Position numbers and translations under genes: made by a program | Notes under the pieces: generated by a model | The model's input: the letters and a program-made list of their open reading frames with translations, nothing else | What the model was told of the DNA's origin: nothing | The model's database searches: none | From: Chiloscyllium plagiosum | Lineage: Eukaryota | Reading direction: 5' to 3' | DNA length: 64,000 nt | NCBI RefSeq assembly: GCF_004010195.1 | Contig: NC_057718.1 | Location: 15,543,416 to 15,607,415 of the forward strand | In this document: positions 1 through 13,313 of the stretch, piece after piece | Position numbering within the stretch: the stretch's first letter is position 1 | Layout of the letters: every line of letters starts with the position of its first letter

Positions 1-144
1 ATGGGTATATGAATAGGAAGGGTTTGGAGGGATATGGGCCGGGTGCTGGCAGGTGGAACTAGATTGGGTTGGGATATCTGGTTGGCATGGACAGGTTGGA
101 CTGAAGGGTCTGTTTCCATGCTGTACATTTCTATGACTCTATGA
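1..144 (+). mobile_element. HER1/CR1 LINE 3' end
   Basis: MNRKGLEGYGPGAG tail ending in (ctatgact)n. Confidence 0.85.
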
Positions 145-316
145 AGTATGAGTGTCGCAGGCTGGACCAGCATTTATTGCCCATCCTTAACTGTCCTGGA
201 GATGGCGATGGTGAGCTGCCTCTTGAACCATTCAGTGTAGGTCGACCTAACAGGGAGGGATCTTTATTCATTCACAGGATGTGGACAGCATTGACAAGCC
301 CTATACTGACTGACAA

Positions 317-449
317 CAGACAAAGAAAAGAACTGCAGATGCTGGAAGTCAGAAACCAGTTCTGAAGAAGGGTCACTGGATCCGAAACATTAACTTTGCT
401 TTCTCTCTACAGTTGATGCTGAGTTTTCCCATGCAATTTCTGTTTTTGT
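317..449. mobile_element. Older Penelope-derived element with hammerhead-like core
   Basis: agtt-CTGAAGA-a-gggtc(actg)gatcc-GAAA-catt-aact at 358-395; TSD-like tactgactg(a/g)caa at 304-316 and 450-462. Confidence 0.6.
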
Positions 450-865
450 TACTGACTGGCAATCCCTTATTTCCTTGCCAGATTATTTGAGAGCATGTTT
501 AAGAATGGAGCACCTTGTGTGGGTCTGGAGTCTCATACCTGGCAGAAGATTTCCGTCTGTGAAGTAGACCCAATGGTTTATTTTAATGCCAATCCAGTAG
601 TGAAGTGCTCATGTGTATCTGTGCTCACTTTAATTCCAAATGTACTTACTAACTCCTCAGCTACCATAGTGGGACTTGAATAACCTGATTACTAGACCAT
701 TAACAAAGCCATGATATTTAATGCTCACCATTCATGTAGGTTGTAATTACAAAATAAGCAGCCTTATGAAAACTCAGTTTCTGACTCATCAAATATTTTA
801 TCTTGCGTTTATTACATGCATGTTGCAATATTTAAGAAAACAAACTTAACAACTATTTGATTAAA

Positions 866-1068
866 AAGAAACAGAAAACGCTGAAATACTTAGTAGGTCA
901 GGCAACATCTGTGGAAAGAGATATCCAGTTCAGGTTTTAGATCTGTGACCTTTGAGTTCTGATAAAATGTCATTGAACTGATCTTTCTCTTTCTACAGAT
1001 CTTCCTTAACCTGCCGAGTGTTACCAGAATTTTCTGCTTTTGTTTCAGATTTCCAGCATCTGTAGTGC
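866..1068. mobile_element. Old palindromic Penelope-derived element
   Basis: Imperfect inverted arms (gaaacagaaaacgctg...catctgtggaaagaga / tctctttctacagat...ttctgcttttgtttc) and tail ttccagcatctg. Confidence 0.55.
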
Positions 1069-1149
1069 CTTGTTTATGTGCTGGTAATAATCTCGGCCAA
1101 TTGGCAGTCCTACGTATTATACAGTGCACACTGTTTTGCTCATTCTAAC

Positions 1150-1271
1150 CTGGGTTAGAGTTTTGTATTTCTGTTCCCATTCTTGCTGTGCTTTCTCGAG
1201 TTGCTCCTCCCAAGAAGTCTGAATCTCTGCCATCTGCCGTTCATTCTCAGCCAGTGACTGTCGTAACTCTT
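1150..1271 (-). CDS. KIF28: KIF28-like coding exon 10, coiled coil (ELRQSLAENERQMAEIQTSWEEQLEKA...); gene continues left of the window
   Basis: 122 nt, phase 1-0, cactag| and |gttaga; kinesin-3 SWEE(K/Q)L motif. Confidence 0.88.
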
Positions 1272-1622
1272 CTAGTGAGAAAAGGCAGCATGATATTACA
1301 ATAAAGTTTTGAAATGTTAAGGTGGAAAAATGAGGTGTTTGCAAAGGAGCTGCGATATTAGGATTTGGCTGCAGGGATGGAGTGGTTATTAAGAAGAGCG
1401 CCATTAAGAAGAGTGGTTATCACCACTTTCTATAAGTTCTTCCTCACATCCACCCTACACTCCCATTCACAGTCCCCACCAGTGAACCCTATCTGTCCGT
1501 TGCTTTTAGTTAAATGGACTTCAGCATTCGTAAGCTTTTCAAGCCAATGCGTCAGAGTGAAGGTTAAACAAATTTAAAAATTAAAGCTTTTACATTCTGC
1601 TGGACCAACCGCAGACACATAC

Positions 1623-1765
1623 TCATTTCTTCCTCTACCCTTAGTCCAGCATTTCTAATCTTAGTGATCGTTGATCGCAGCTTGGCGTTCTCTGCCCTCA
1701 GCTCCAGTATGAGTCTTTCTGTTGGATTTTCATTTATCACCGCCTTGTTCTGGATGTTCTTAGTC
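1623..1765 (-). CDS. KIF28: KIF28-like coding exon 9, neck (TKNIQNKAVINENPTERLILELRAENAKLR...)
   Basis: 143 nt, phase 2-1, cacag| and |gtatgt; kinesin-3 neck linker and neck coil. Confidence 0.9.
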
Positions 1766-2498
1766 CTGTGGCCATGAAGTTGGGAAAGGGTGAAAATGGG
1801 TTAGTCATTATCACATTGCCTCAAAATTACATTTACAAACTCACAATGCTCGTGTTAAAGCAGAAATGTCCTGGAAAACTATGTGCCCCTTCCCACCATC
1901 CTCTCTGATCCATTGAGGTAAATCAGAAGGAAGAAGATGGAACAAAAGAAGAAAGTTCCACAAGGTAAGAAGGGACACATCCTGAGAAACATTAAATGGG
2001 AAACTATTTTTAAAAAAGACCATGTGGTACTTAGTGATTTGATTCAATAACTTGAGCAGTGGCATGAGTATCTGCTGTGGCTCAGCAGGGAGCATGCTCG
2101 CCTCAAAGTTAGATAGTTGTCAGTTCAGGCCTAGTCCAAAAACTGAGAGGGTGCTGCACTGTTTTGCTAATGGTAATATTCAAGCGGAGATGCTTTCTGG
2201 CCTCTGAACCTCCCAATATTATTTTGAAGTCAAGCAGGGAATTTCTCCCTGGTGTTCTGGCCCATACTCTTCCTTTTGATCAACATTACCTGAATCAAAA
2301 ATTGGAATATCTGGTTCTCATTGTATTTCTGCTTGTGGTGTAGAAATTGGCTTCTACATTTCCTGAATGACAACAGCATCTCCACGTGAACAGTACATCA
2401 GGGACTGTAAAGTGCTTTGGGAAATCTCAAGACCAGTAAATATGAATGTCAGTGAAATTTCCTGTTTTGCTCCCCCTCTAAAATCCCATTATGTTTAC

Positions 2499-2566
2499 CT
2501 TTCAGCGTAACGTAATGTTGAAAGCGTTTCCTCGTAGCAGATGTCAGCTGGACTGACTGTCGCGAT
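2499..2566 (-). CDS. KIF28: KIF28-like coding exon 8 (IATVSPADICYEETLSTLRYAE)
   Basis: 68 nt, phase 0-2, ttttacag| and |gtaaac; ETLSTLRYA motif ending the motor domain. Confidence 0.92.
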
Positions 2567-4221
2567 CTGTAAAATAATTCTCAATTCAGATAGAAAGCTG
2601 TACTCTGGAAATGATACTCATCAAGTTGAGGGGTGGCAGAGTTGAGTAGAGATCACTAGTTACACATCAGTCCCTCAACTCCACCATCTCCTATTGTGAA
2701 ACATAAAAGTCAGGGGACATGAGCACCATTGGCAAGGTAAGAATTTGTTGCCCATCCTTAATTGCCCTTGAGAAGGGTGGAGGTGAGCCACTCTCTAGAA
2801 CTGTTGTGGTGTAGACACACCCATAGTGCTGTAAGTGTGGGGTTCAGGTGCATTAGAAATTGGTGGGGATCAACTTGTACACCAAATATCAATGTGAATC
2901 ACTGTCTGCTCTCAGTAAGGTATATCTTGAACTCCTGTGTATCTCAACACTATCACAGGGAGGTATTTAAAATATAGGTTGGAGTAATTTCCCTGGCAAT
3001 GTATTCAATAATACAATGGGATTAATTGGCTAATGTAAAAAGTGAAGCTACCATATTCTTACCAGACCATAGTGCTGCTCCCTCATTAGAGAGAGAGAGG
3101 CAGAGAGAAATGATTGGTGGTAGTTTAACCTGAGGGTCACCACACCGCAGGTGAGGGGAAAGATTGAGAAGACAGGATCTTCAATGTAATCTCAGCCAGT
3201 GTAGGAACTGAGCTCATGTTGCTGACATTACTCTGCATTGCAAACCAGCTGTCCAGCTAACTGACCCTCATTGCTAATAAAATGTGAAGCCAAAGTTTTG
3301 TTTGATGTCATGTACAGTATTCTTGTATACTGTGCCTCCTCATCTGCCAAATGCACAATGAAGCATTTACTATTTTAGCTTTGTCGCTTGGATTGATTTT
3401 TATTGATTTTGCCCCATTTAAATGTCATTGGTATCTGGGAATTTCCTTGGATCCAAACTGAAGGAATGCTGATAATAAGATGAGGAACACAGTTCCTCAT
3501 TTGTAGGCAGCGCATCCATGTGGGAATCAGGTTGGGATTTGCTTATAAATTAACGAGGTACAACAGGTAACTTGGAGCATGATTGATTTGCAAAGGTAAT
3601 CCCTTCCTTGGCATTTCTGGCCTTTATTTTATGTAAATGGTGAATGTCGCCACTAACATTAGGGGGAACATGACTTGGTCGTCACAGAGCTACAAGACCT
3701 GACTCAATGTGTAGGAGACTCAAATTGAATACTCTTAATTAGACAGGTCCGGCCTGTGGCTAATCTGGTTGTGTGGTTACCAGTAAATGCTGCACTAAGA
3801 AAATTTCACACGAGATTTTGTTTATTGGATTTACTACCACTTAGACACATGGGCTGGGATTATATTCCAGAGTCAAATATCCAGGTCAGGATCCTGAAAT
3901 TGCAGATGCCACGATCCTGAAGGCAATTATAGAGCAAAGGCAACCAATTAAGAGACTACGTCAGCCCCAAATAAATTAAGGACAGAGGCAGATTCCAAGA
4001 GTCTGCAGGGGTTCAGACTCTGCTGAGAAATGGTTTGCTGCCAGGGATCTCACTCCCACAGCCCTTCAATGAGCAAACTTAAAGCAAAAGATAAGGCAAG
4101 GAGGCTCAGCCTGGAAGTGAAGAGAGAGAGAGAGAAAAGATTGAAAGTTGACCCTCTTCACACTTGCTTGTTGAATAGTTTTGTCAGAGCACACATCACA
4201 ATTTTCTAACTGAGCATTTAC

Positions 4222-4333
4222 CATCCTCGTCTTACTGTTTCCTCCCAGAGCTGATTGCAGTAGTTTGGTCAGTGTGGAGTTTCTATATGGCACATGCAGC
4301 ATCCTCCTCCCCATGGCTATTTCTGCTAAAGCA
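4222..4333 (-). CDS. KIF28: KIF28-like coding exon 7 (ALAE...HVPYRNSTLTKLLQSALGGNSKTRM)
   Basis: 112 nt, phase 2-0, cccctag| and |gtaaat; microtubule-binding HxPYR and LGGN motifs. Confidence 0.93.
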
Positions 4334-4540
4334 CTAGGGGAAAAAAACATAGAATATGTGAAACTTTGAATTAGAATTAGCTTTATTGTCACATGTACTC
4401 AAATGACTATCATGAAAAGTGTACAGGACGTCACTTACGGCCCCATCTCAGGTACAAAGGTACCTGGGTACAGATTCTTAAGTACAAATTCTGAGGGAAA
4501 ACAATTAGAAAAAGAAATAAAAATTTTGTTCAATAAACAT

Positions 4541-4727
4541 GATGTGGAGGTGTAAGTGTTGGACTGGGATGGACAAAGTCAGAAGTCACACAACTCCTGG
4601 TTATAGTCCAACAGGCTTATTTGAAAAGTCCAAGCTTTCAGAGCACTAATGAAGGAGCAGTGCTCTGAAAGCTTGTGATTTCAAATAAACCTGCTGAACT
4701 ACAACCTGGTGTGATGTGACTTCTGAC
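4541..4727. mobile_element. Decayed family A palindromic Penelope mini-element
   Basis: ggttatagtccaacagg / cctgctgaactacaacc arms; TSD-like ttcaa(t/c)aaacat at 4529-4540 and 4728-4739. Confidence 0.7.
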
Positions 4728-5362
4728 TTCAACAAACATACCATCTGTACTGAGCAACGTAAACCAGGAGGGAATACAACCGTGTAGTGGTTACATTACA
4801 ATAATCCAAAGGCCTGGACTAACAATTTCAGGGAATGCAAATTCAAACCCCACCATCATAGTTTAAAAGTCTGAAAATTTAAATGAAAAGCTGGAATGCA
4901 GGAAGATTGCCATAAAGCAGTTGGATTGTTGTGTAAATTTATCCCATGACAGAAGAAAACTATTGAACTTACCCAGTCTGGCTTAAAATCAACTTCAATC
5001 CCGTATTCATTCTAAACTGTCTCTGAAGTAGCTGAGAAAGCCACTCAGTTTAAGAATGAGAAATAAATATTATCATTGCCAGCAAACTGAGTGTATTAAA
5101 TAAAAAGCAAGGGCCCCCACAATTCATTTCCTGGACTAATTTAACTCAGTTTGTTGCAGTTGTAATTGGGAATAGATAATGATAGATATTTAATTCTAAT
5201 CCGAGAAATAGAGTTATAGATTTGAATGGGATATATACAAATGTTGTGATAACATGCAGAATAATATTGTCTTTCATTAAGTTGTCATTCTCTTGTACAT
5301 GCTATTTTATTCTATCCCATTTCTGACTCACCTAGAAAGAGTGAACAGGCTGGGGCTTTTAG

Positions 5363-5671
5363 GCAGGAGAAAGTGAGGACTGCAGATGCTGGAGATCAAA
5401 GTCAAGCGTGTGGTGCTGGAAAAGCACAGTAGCTTGACCTGTCCATCACCTTTCCCATATATCCGTTCCACCCACTTCTCCGACCTATCACTTTCTCCCC
5501 CACCTTCTTCTACCTGTTGCATTCTCAGCTCCTTTCTCTTGACCCCACCCCTCCCATTTATCTCTTAGCCCCCAGCCTCATTCCTGATGAAGGGCTTATG
5601 CCTGAAATGACGAATTGCCTGCTCCCGAGATGCTGCCTGACCAGCTGTGCTTTTCAAGCACACTCTCGACT
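5363..5671. mobile_element. Decayed family B Penelope mini-element
   Basis: ggagaaagtgaggactgcagatgctggagatc start; cctgatgaagggcttatgcctgaaa core; TSD-like ctggggct(t/c)ttag at 5350-5362 and 5672-5684. Confidence 0.7.
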
Positions 5672-6217
5672 CTGGGGCTCTTAGTCTCTGGTATAAAGTC
5701 TGTCAATATTGTGAAGGTGGCTAATAGGATAAATACACAGAAGTTATTCCATTTGTTGAGACTAATCCAAAATGGGGCTATAAATAAAAATTATTGATAA
5801 TTCCAATAAGAATTTCAAGAGGACTTTATTTATCCAGAGAGTGGGTAGATTGTGGAAATCAAAACTATAGTGAGCTGTTGAGGCAAGTCACAAATGGGGA
5901 ACTGAATGCATACATGAAAGAAAAACATTGAAACAGTACAAATAGGAGCAGGCGTAGGCCATTCAGCCCTTCAAACCTGTTCCATCATTCAAGATGATCA
6001 TTCAACTCAGTTCCCTGTTCCTGCTATCTCCCCATATCCTCTGATCCTTTTAGCCTAAGAATTAGATTTATCTTCATCTTGAAAACATCCAATGTTTTGG
6101 CTTCAACCACTTGTTATGGCAGAGAATTCCACAGGCTCACCACTCTCTGTATGAAAAAATTTCTCCTCATCTCAGTCCTAAATGGCCTACCAGGGACTGT
6201 GACCCCTGGCTCTTGAG

Positions 6218-6493
6218 GTTAGCACTGCTGCCTCACAATGCCAGGGACCCGGGTCCGATTCTAACCTCGGACGACTGTCTGTGTGGAGTTTGCATGTTTT
6301 CCCCATGTCTATGTGAGTTTCCTCCCACAATCCAAAGATATACAGGTTAGGTGAATTGGCCATGCTAAATTGTCCTTAGTGTTTAGGGATGTGTAGGTTA
6401 GATGCATTCGTTGGGGAAATGGGTCTGGGTAGGATGCTTTTCGGAGGGTTGGTGTTGGCTGATTGGCCTGTTTCCACACTGTAGGGATTCCAT
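6218..6493 (+). mobile_element. HE1-type SINE
   Basis: gttagcactgctgcctcaca...cctgtttccacactgtagggatt. Confidence 0.85.
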
Positions 6494-7796
6494 GAAAGCT
6501 TCTATGGACTCCCAATCATTGGGAACATTCTTCCTGTGTAATCTTGTTAGAATTTTATTGGTTTCTGAGGGATTCACCCCTCATTCTTCTAAATGCCACT
6601 GAATATAGTCCTAACCAATCTAGGAAAGTTTCAGTAGAGTTAGATCATGGTAGTTGTTGGTATGTAACTTGATATTTGTAACAATGTGAACTGTCAGAAT
6701 GGGTGCAGGAGGTCACCATCTTTGTGGCGTCAGCTCTGAGTAGTGATGTCATAAACCTTCATGCATCTTTGCAGCACGCAGCCCTTATTGTCCAGATAAA
6801 TGTTTACAACGGTATTTATTTTATCTTCAACGCATTTATTTTTTCTTACAGAATGTGTTTCTGCTACAGTTAACAGATGAAAACCATTGTCATTGCTGAA
6901 TAAATTGGTAAATTAATCTGTCTCAATTCTGGCAGTTCAATGATAACATAACATTTGTTTCTCGGGCTGAATGTCTTGATTAAAATGGATAAAGATTTCA
7001 GCTAGTACAACACCTGAAAAAGGAAGATTAGTTGATATATTTCATTGCCCCAACCCCTCCTTTTCACCACAACTCCATTGCCATCCACACAAGATCATTA
7101 GTCAGACTAGATAATCCTTATCAAAAAAACAAGAACAGAAAGTTCTGGAAACACTCTCCAAGTCAGTACAGAAGATAGGGAAACTGCTGAGACATCAATT
7201 GGAATTTTAGACATTATATTGGGAAAGGCAAATGGGAATAAGAACAAGAAATATTGGCTCTAATTCAAAATAGGATTATTACTTTCACAAGTTTGCTGCT
7301 AGTGTCCTTCATGGACCATTGATCAAGTGTAAACAATTTGAAAGCAAGTAAAGGGTTATGTTTGAGGTAAGTGTCATCTACAATCAGGCACTAGGGAAAA
7401 CTTTATGTAGAACCTTGTATAGAATTTACAGCACAGCAAAAGGCCGGTCAGCCCAAGTGGTCTATGTGGGAGTTATGGTCCATGCAGGCTGACTTCCACC
7501 CAATGTGTTGGAGAGTCTAAGCTGAGCCAGTGTACATGATGACTCCTGCAATTAACTACAGTGTCCTGGGAGACAAAGGAACAAGGGCCTTTATTCCTGT
7601 TTGCTGACTAACCAGAAGAAATTGGCAGTAAACATAAACCAACAGGTCCACTAAACCTACTTGTTACAATTTCAACACTTCCTCCCTCTCTCATTCTGCT
7701 CCTTCCCAGAGATCTCTGCTGACTATGTGTAAAAGGATGAAGCGAAACTGTGAAGCTTCCAAAAATTAAACGACCTGCCAGGACTTATAGAAATAA

Positions 7797-8060
7797 TAGG
7801 ATTTCTACAGTGTGGGAGAAAGTCATTTGGCCCGCTGACCCTCCAAAGAACATCCCACCCAGGCCCAACCCCTTTCCCTGTAACCTTGCATTGTCTGTGG
7901 CTAATCCACCTAGCATGCACATCTTTGAACCATAAGAAGAAAGCAGGTCACCCATATGGATACAGGAAGAATGTGCAATCTCCACACAGTCAGTCACCCA
8001 AAGCTGGACTTGAACCTAGGCCCTGGTGCTATGAGGCAGCAATGCTAACCACTAAGTTAC
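7797..8060 (-). mobile_element. HE1-type SINE, diverged
   Basis: Reverse-complement similarity to 14279-14598. Confidence 0.75.
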
Positions 8061-8280
8061 TGTGTACTGACCCATTAAAAAAAGGGCAAAATATCATAAT
8101 GTTCCAAACTGCAAATCAGAATCTTGTTCTGAGGGAAGAAGCAAAATTGATAACATCATATTAAAACACATTACCATAATGTTTTGTTTTAAAACAAAAC
8201 CATAGGCACAGTATCCCCATTATTATTTGCATTCAGTGAAGTATTATTGAATGCATTCTGTTAACTCTTTAGTTTTTTTT

Positions 8281-8527
8281 AGATTAGATTCTACACCAAC
8301 CCTCCGAAGAGCAACCCACCCAGACCCATTCCCCTCTGACTAATGCACCTAACACTACGGACAATTTAGCATGGCCAATTCACCTAACCTGCACATCTTT
8401 AGACTGTGGGAGGAAACACATGCAGACGCGGGGAGAACGTGCAAACTCCACACAGACAGTTACCCAAGGCAGGAATTGAACCCAGGTCCCTGGTGCTGTG
8501 AGGCAGCAGTGCTAACCACTGAGCCGC
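8281..8527 (-). mobile_element. HE1-type SINE
   Basis: tgtgaggcagcagtgctaaccactgagcc. Confidence 0.85.
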
Positions 8528-8895
8528 TCTACTTCTTGCCATTTAAAATTCAAACAACATAGTAATTTAATTATTACTCCATATGTTCAGCATATACTTC
8601 AATGCACCCAGCCAAATTTCCCTGGATCTGTGTTTCCGATGACTGTCTCTGCTGTCTCATCTTTGCAAAATTTTATTATTTCTTACAAAGAAAACGAAGG
8701 TGAGGAGATGTCCAACAGAGATGCAAAGAGATGGATACAAAATCACACCGTGACCATCCGGAAGGTATTTACTCCCTAAAGTCTGAAGACATTTTTTGAA
8801 GAAGAGAAATTTAAATTGGAAGGTTAAATTTGCATAACATCAACTTGTTCCACTGTTCCACATGCATTTTAAGTTTGCTTTCAGGGCTGTCCCAC

Positions 8896-9050
8896 CTGAT
8901 GACGTTGCCCAACGTAGTTAAGCTGAGATTGATAGCAGTTCCCTCTCTCAGCCGGTCTCCCTCAGAACCAGAGGATTTCTGCCTTTCACTGCCAGCCAAA
9001 TCTACCAAATTGATGTCAGACTGTTTCGTGAGGTGGTCTTTTAAAAATAC
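8896..9050 (-). CDS. KIF28: KIF28-like coding exon 6 with switch II (LVDLAGSER...[12 protein letters not shown])
   Basis: 155 nt, phase 0-2, cacacag| and |gtggga. Confidence 0.93.
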
Positions 9051-9147
9051 CTGTGTGAAAGAATATCAGCAAAAGAAGTGGTATGTGTTCTATGGTCTTC
9101 AGGTTAACTAATCAACTGTACCATTGACCAATTTTTCTGAATGAGAA

Positions 9148-9801
9148 AAGATAGTGAAGAATGCATTTGGTATGCTTTCCTTTATTGGTCAGAGTATTGA
9201 GTACAGGAGTTAGGAGGTCATGGTGTGGCTGTACAGGACATTGGTTAGGCCACTGTTGAAATACTGCGTGCAATTCTGGTCTCCCTCCTATAGGAAGGAT
9301 GTTGTGAAACTTTTGAAAGGGTTCAGAAAAGACTTATAAGGAAGTTACCAAGGTTGGAGAAATTGAGCTAGAGGGAGAGATTGAAAAGACTGGGGCTACT
9401 TTCCCTGGATTCTGAGAGGCTGAGGGCTGACCTGATTTATAAAATCATGGGGAGCATGGATAGGGTAAACAGGCAAGGTCTTTTTCCTGGGTTGGGGGAG
9501 TCCAAAACTAGAGGGCATAGGTTTAAGGTGAGAGGGGAAAGATTTAAAAGAGACCTAAGGGACAATTTATTGCAGAGGGTTGTATGTGTCTGGAATGAGC
9601 TGCCAGAGAAAGTGGTAGAGGCTGGTACAATTGCAACATTTAAAAGGCATCTGGATGGGTACATGAATAGGAAGGGTTTGGAGGGAGAATGGACCAAATG
9701 CTGGCAATGGGACTAGATTGGTTGGGATATCTGGTCGGTATGGACAAGTTGGATCAAAGGGTTCGTATCCATGCTGTACATGTCTATGACTGTATGACTC
9801 T
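9148..9801 (+). mobile_element. HER1/CR1 LINE 3' fragment
   Basis: KTRGHRFKVRGERF, WNELPEKVVEAG; tatgact tail. Confidence 0.9.
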
Positions 9802-10223
9802 AAAAAGCATTGTCCTTATCCTATGTTGCTATTTTAAAACTAACTAAAAATGTTTGGCAATCATTTGGAATACAACAGCAAGAGAATCTATTAAATTTAT
9901 CATCATTATAATAATAGTATACAGTTGGATAAAAACTCCCCTATTCAGATGGCAATGTCCAATTTCTGTCTAGCGGTAGCTCTCAACATGGGTGACCATT
10001 CCAATACACTTCACATTGGCCTCCTTCCTTGCACCATCTCGAAAACTGAGCTCATCTAAAACCTGAGCTCTTGTTCATGCATGTGCTGTGCTGATTCCAG
10101 GTTAAGCAACACATCACCTTGAAAACTATTATCTTGTTCTCCAATCCTGACATGGCCTCAGCTTTCCTCGAATTTTCTAACCTTCTTTTGTCTTCCACAG
10201 CTTCTGCCCTACTCCAATTCTTT

Positions 10224-10862
10224 CATAGAACATAGAACATAGAAAAATACAGCGCAGTACAGGCCCTTTGGCCCTCAATGTTGCGCTGATCCAAGCCCAC
10301 CTAACCTACACTAGCCCACTATCCTCCATATGCCTATCCAATGCCCGTTTAAATGCCCATAAAGAGGGAGAGTCCACCATTGCGACTGGCAGGGCATTCC
10401 ATGAACTCATGATTCGCTGAGTAAAGAATCTACCCCTAACATCTGTCCTATACCTACCACCCCTTAATTTAAAGCTATGCCTCCTCATAATAGCTGACTC
10501 CATACGTGGAAAGAGGTTCTCATGGTCCACCCTATCTAAACCCCTAATCATCTTGTACACCTCTATCAAGTCACCCCTAAACCTTCTTTTCTCCAATGAA
10601 AAATTCCCAAGTGCCTCAGCCTTTCCTCACACGATCTTCCTACCATACCAGGCAACATCCTGGTAAACTTCCTCTGCACCCGTTCCAGTGCCTCCACATC
10701 CTTCCTATAGTATGGCGACCAAAACTGCACACAATACTCCAGATGCGGCCGCACCAGAGTCTTATACAACTGCAACATGACCTCAGGTCTCCGGAACTCA
10801 ATTCCTCTACCAATAAAAGCCAGTACGCCATATGCCTTCTTCACAGCACTATTTACCTGGGT
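10224..10862 (-). mobile_element. CR1 LINE 3' fragment, (catagaa)n-tail subfamily
   Basis: [28 protein letters not shown]. Confidence 0.9.
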
Positions 10863-11996
10863 GTTGAGTCACCATTGCCGATTATGCCTTCAGCTGTCTA
10901 GACCATGAGCCTCCCTGTCTCTTTTTCTCTATCTCCCTCCCACATATTTTTACTGATTCATTTCTCTAGTCTGTCCATAAAACCAAATGCTTGCATTCCA
11001 GGTCTCATTCTAGTAAATCTCCTCTGCACCCTTGCAAAGGAACTGACATCTCTCCTATACTCTGGTTTCCAAAATTGGTCATGATCATAGAATAACACAG
11101 CAGGGGTGATCACTTGGCCTATTGTGCTTGTGTTGGCTCTTTGAAAGAGTTATCTAATCAGACCTACTCCTCTGCTCCTTATCTGTAGGTCTATAATATT
11201 TTCCAATTCAGCTTGAGCAAACACACTACGGTCTTTGTTCCTGTCACATGTGATCCTGTTCTAAGCTAAATGTCTATCCAGCTTCCCCCTGGATTTGCCA
11301 GTTTGCTGCCTCTTCCACAACTTGTTCTGCATTCCATACTCTCAAGTGAATTCATCGAAAACTTACTTCTCTAATTTGTTGTTTGTAAGAACTATCATTT
11401 TCAAATTGCTTGTTTGTCCCAGCATTGTCTTTTTGAACATGTTGGTACTTTCGCACTGCGATAAGGGCACAGTTCCAACAACAAATCTGATGATTTGCTC
11501 AAGTGACTTGTTAGACATTTGACACTATAAAAGCAAGTCCCAACATTCAAACTGGGGACCTATTCTCAGTTTTATTTATCAATCCATTTTTTAATATAAT
11601 ATCCTTATGTTTGAACTCCATACCTGTGTTTGTAACAATCCTGTATCTTTAAAATACAACCATTTTCACCTTCCATCATTTTATCTGTATTGCCTTTCTT
11701 CATTCTCCCAATGAAAGTGAACTACCTCAAACATTTTGGTATTAAATATTACCTGCCAGCTGTGTGGCACTTTTACTACTTAATGTCCTCCCAAAGTTTG
11801 TTACTTTCTTCTTCACTATTTACCAAGTTTCTGAGTTCTGTGTTGTTTACAGTCTTTGAAATTATGTGCTGTACACTTAAGTCCAGTTTATCAATGTAAT
11901 TGTAAACTTTGCTGAAGTGAATTAAATGAATCATGGTTATTAACAAACCAAACTGTCTGACCTGGTGTCACCACACCGGCTGCTGTTGATCATTAC

Positions 11997-12221
11997 CTGT
12001 TTGAATCGGATGGTGGTGATCAAGTGTGAACGACTGCTGACCGCGTTGACGCTGGTGGACCTTGTGATTCTCTTTGTATTGCCTTCCTTCAGCAACTGTT
12101 GGATTTGCTCATAGCTTTCACAAGGCACCAACATTTGATTTTCCACGTAGAAGCCCCTTTGGGGACTTTCTCGCACTTTTAGATCTCTAGGCTGTTTACT
12201 CTTGGCTAACAAGTCTACCAC
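11997..12221 (-). CDS. KIF28: KIF28-like coding exon 5 with switch I (NAVSSRSH)
   Basis: 225 nt, phase 0-0, cctag| and |gtaatg; DLL, LKVRE, SSRSH motifs. Confidence 0.93.
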
Positions 12222-13277
12222 CTAGGAAGCAGATTGGTTTTAGATGCAGTAAAAATGTGTCTCTCAATTGACCCGTACGACAATTGGCACCATGAAATAT
12301 CAGACTGAAATGAATCCCAACATTACAGTAATAAATCAGCATGATTGTTAACAATGCCAAGTAAGTTTTACCATTTAAATGGAAATCATAATGTTAAAAG
12401 TGACTTACTGCTTAGAAAAATTGCAAACCATCGCCTGTGATTGATTGACATTATCAAACTTGCTTGTCCTCTAATTCTCTCAAGTCCCTTTGCCCTGTTT
12501 AGTTGACCTCGATTCTTTCCCATCACTATAAAGGTCCTGCCTTCTTGACCTTGCCCTTCATTAGAGATGTGATGACCCTCAGGCTAAATTCATCACAAGT
12601 CATCTCTCTCTAATAAGAGAGCAGCTTATGGTCCTCTGAGACTAAGGAAACTAGTGTTTTTTCCTGTCTATTTTTAATATTTTTGTTACTTATTTTGACT
12701 TAACCCCTTTTATTTCCATTCCTCTTTGCCTCGCATCCTCATCCTTGTGATTGTTTTCTGTTTCAGTGTTAAGAGCAGTATTTATTGAAAACAAAACTTT
12801 CCATTGGTTATAAGTATGTTTAAAAGATCAGTTTTCATCTAATGCAAAGCTTGGCTTGTGGAGATGTATCTGATCACAGCCATAAGCTGCCCAGTCTTCA
12901 CTGCTTCTATGTGATTATCTCCAGCCACACAATATCCAAGGCAATTCTATGGATTAGAACCAGAAACCCCTCTTAATAAACGAGCTCGCGTATTTGCTGA
13001 AAAATAATAATTAAACAATACCGTATCCTTGCATTATAAGTACATCTCAACATATTTTGTCAGTTTCAGTAAAGTAAATAAAATGCTATTTTACAATATG
13101 AGTTAATAAAATGTTCAGTTATATAAAAAAGCTTTGATTGGCAAGATCTTCAACATCATTCTTTAGAAGTAGCCTTTTTCTCACACTAATGTATTATTGA
13201 CTTAAAGTGTACATTCATACTGTTGGTCTGAAAGTGGACAATATTTCATCTATATTCCAGTAGGAAGGAAAAATGAC

Positions 13278-13313
13278 CTTTTCGTTGTAGATTTCCAACA
13301 TGCTGAAATAAAT
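13278..13313 (-). CDS. KIF28: KIF28-like coding exon 4, 36-nt (IYFSMLEIYNEK)
   Basis: Kinesin SMLEIYNE motif; ttttcag| and |gtcatt; phase 0-0; missed by the ORF track. Confidence 0.9.
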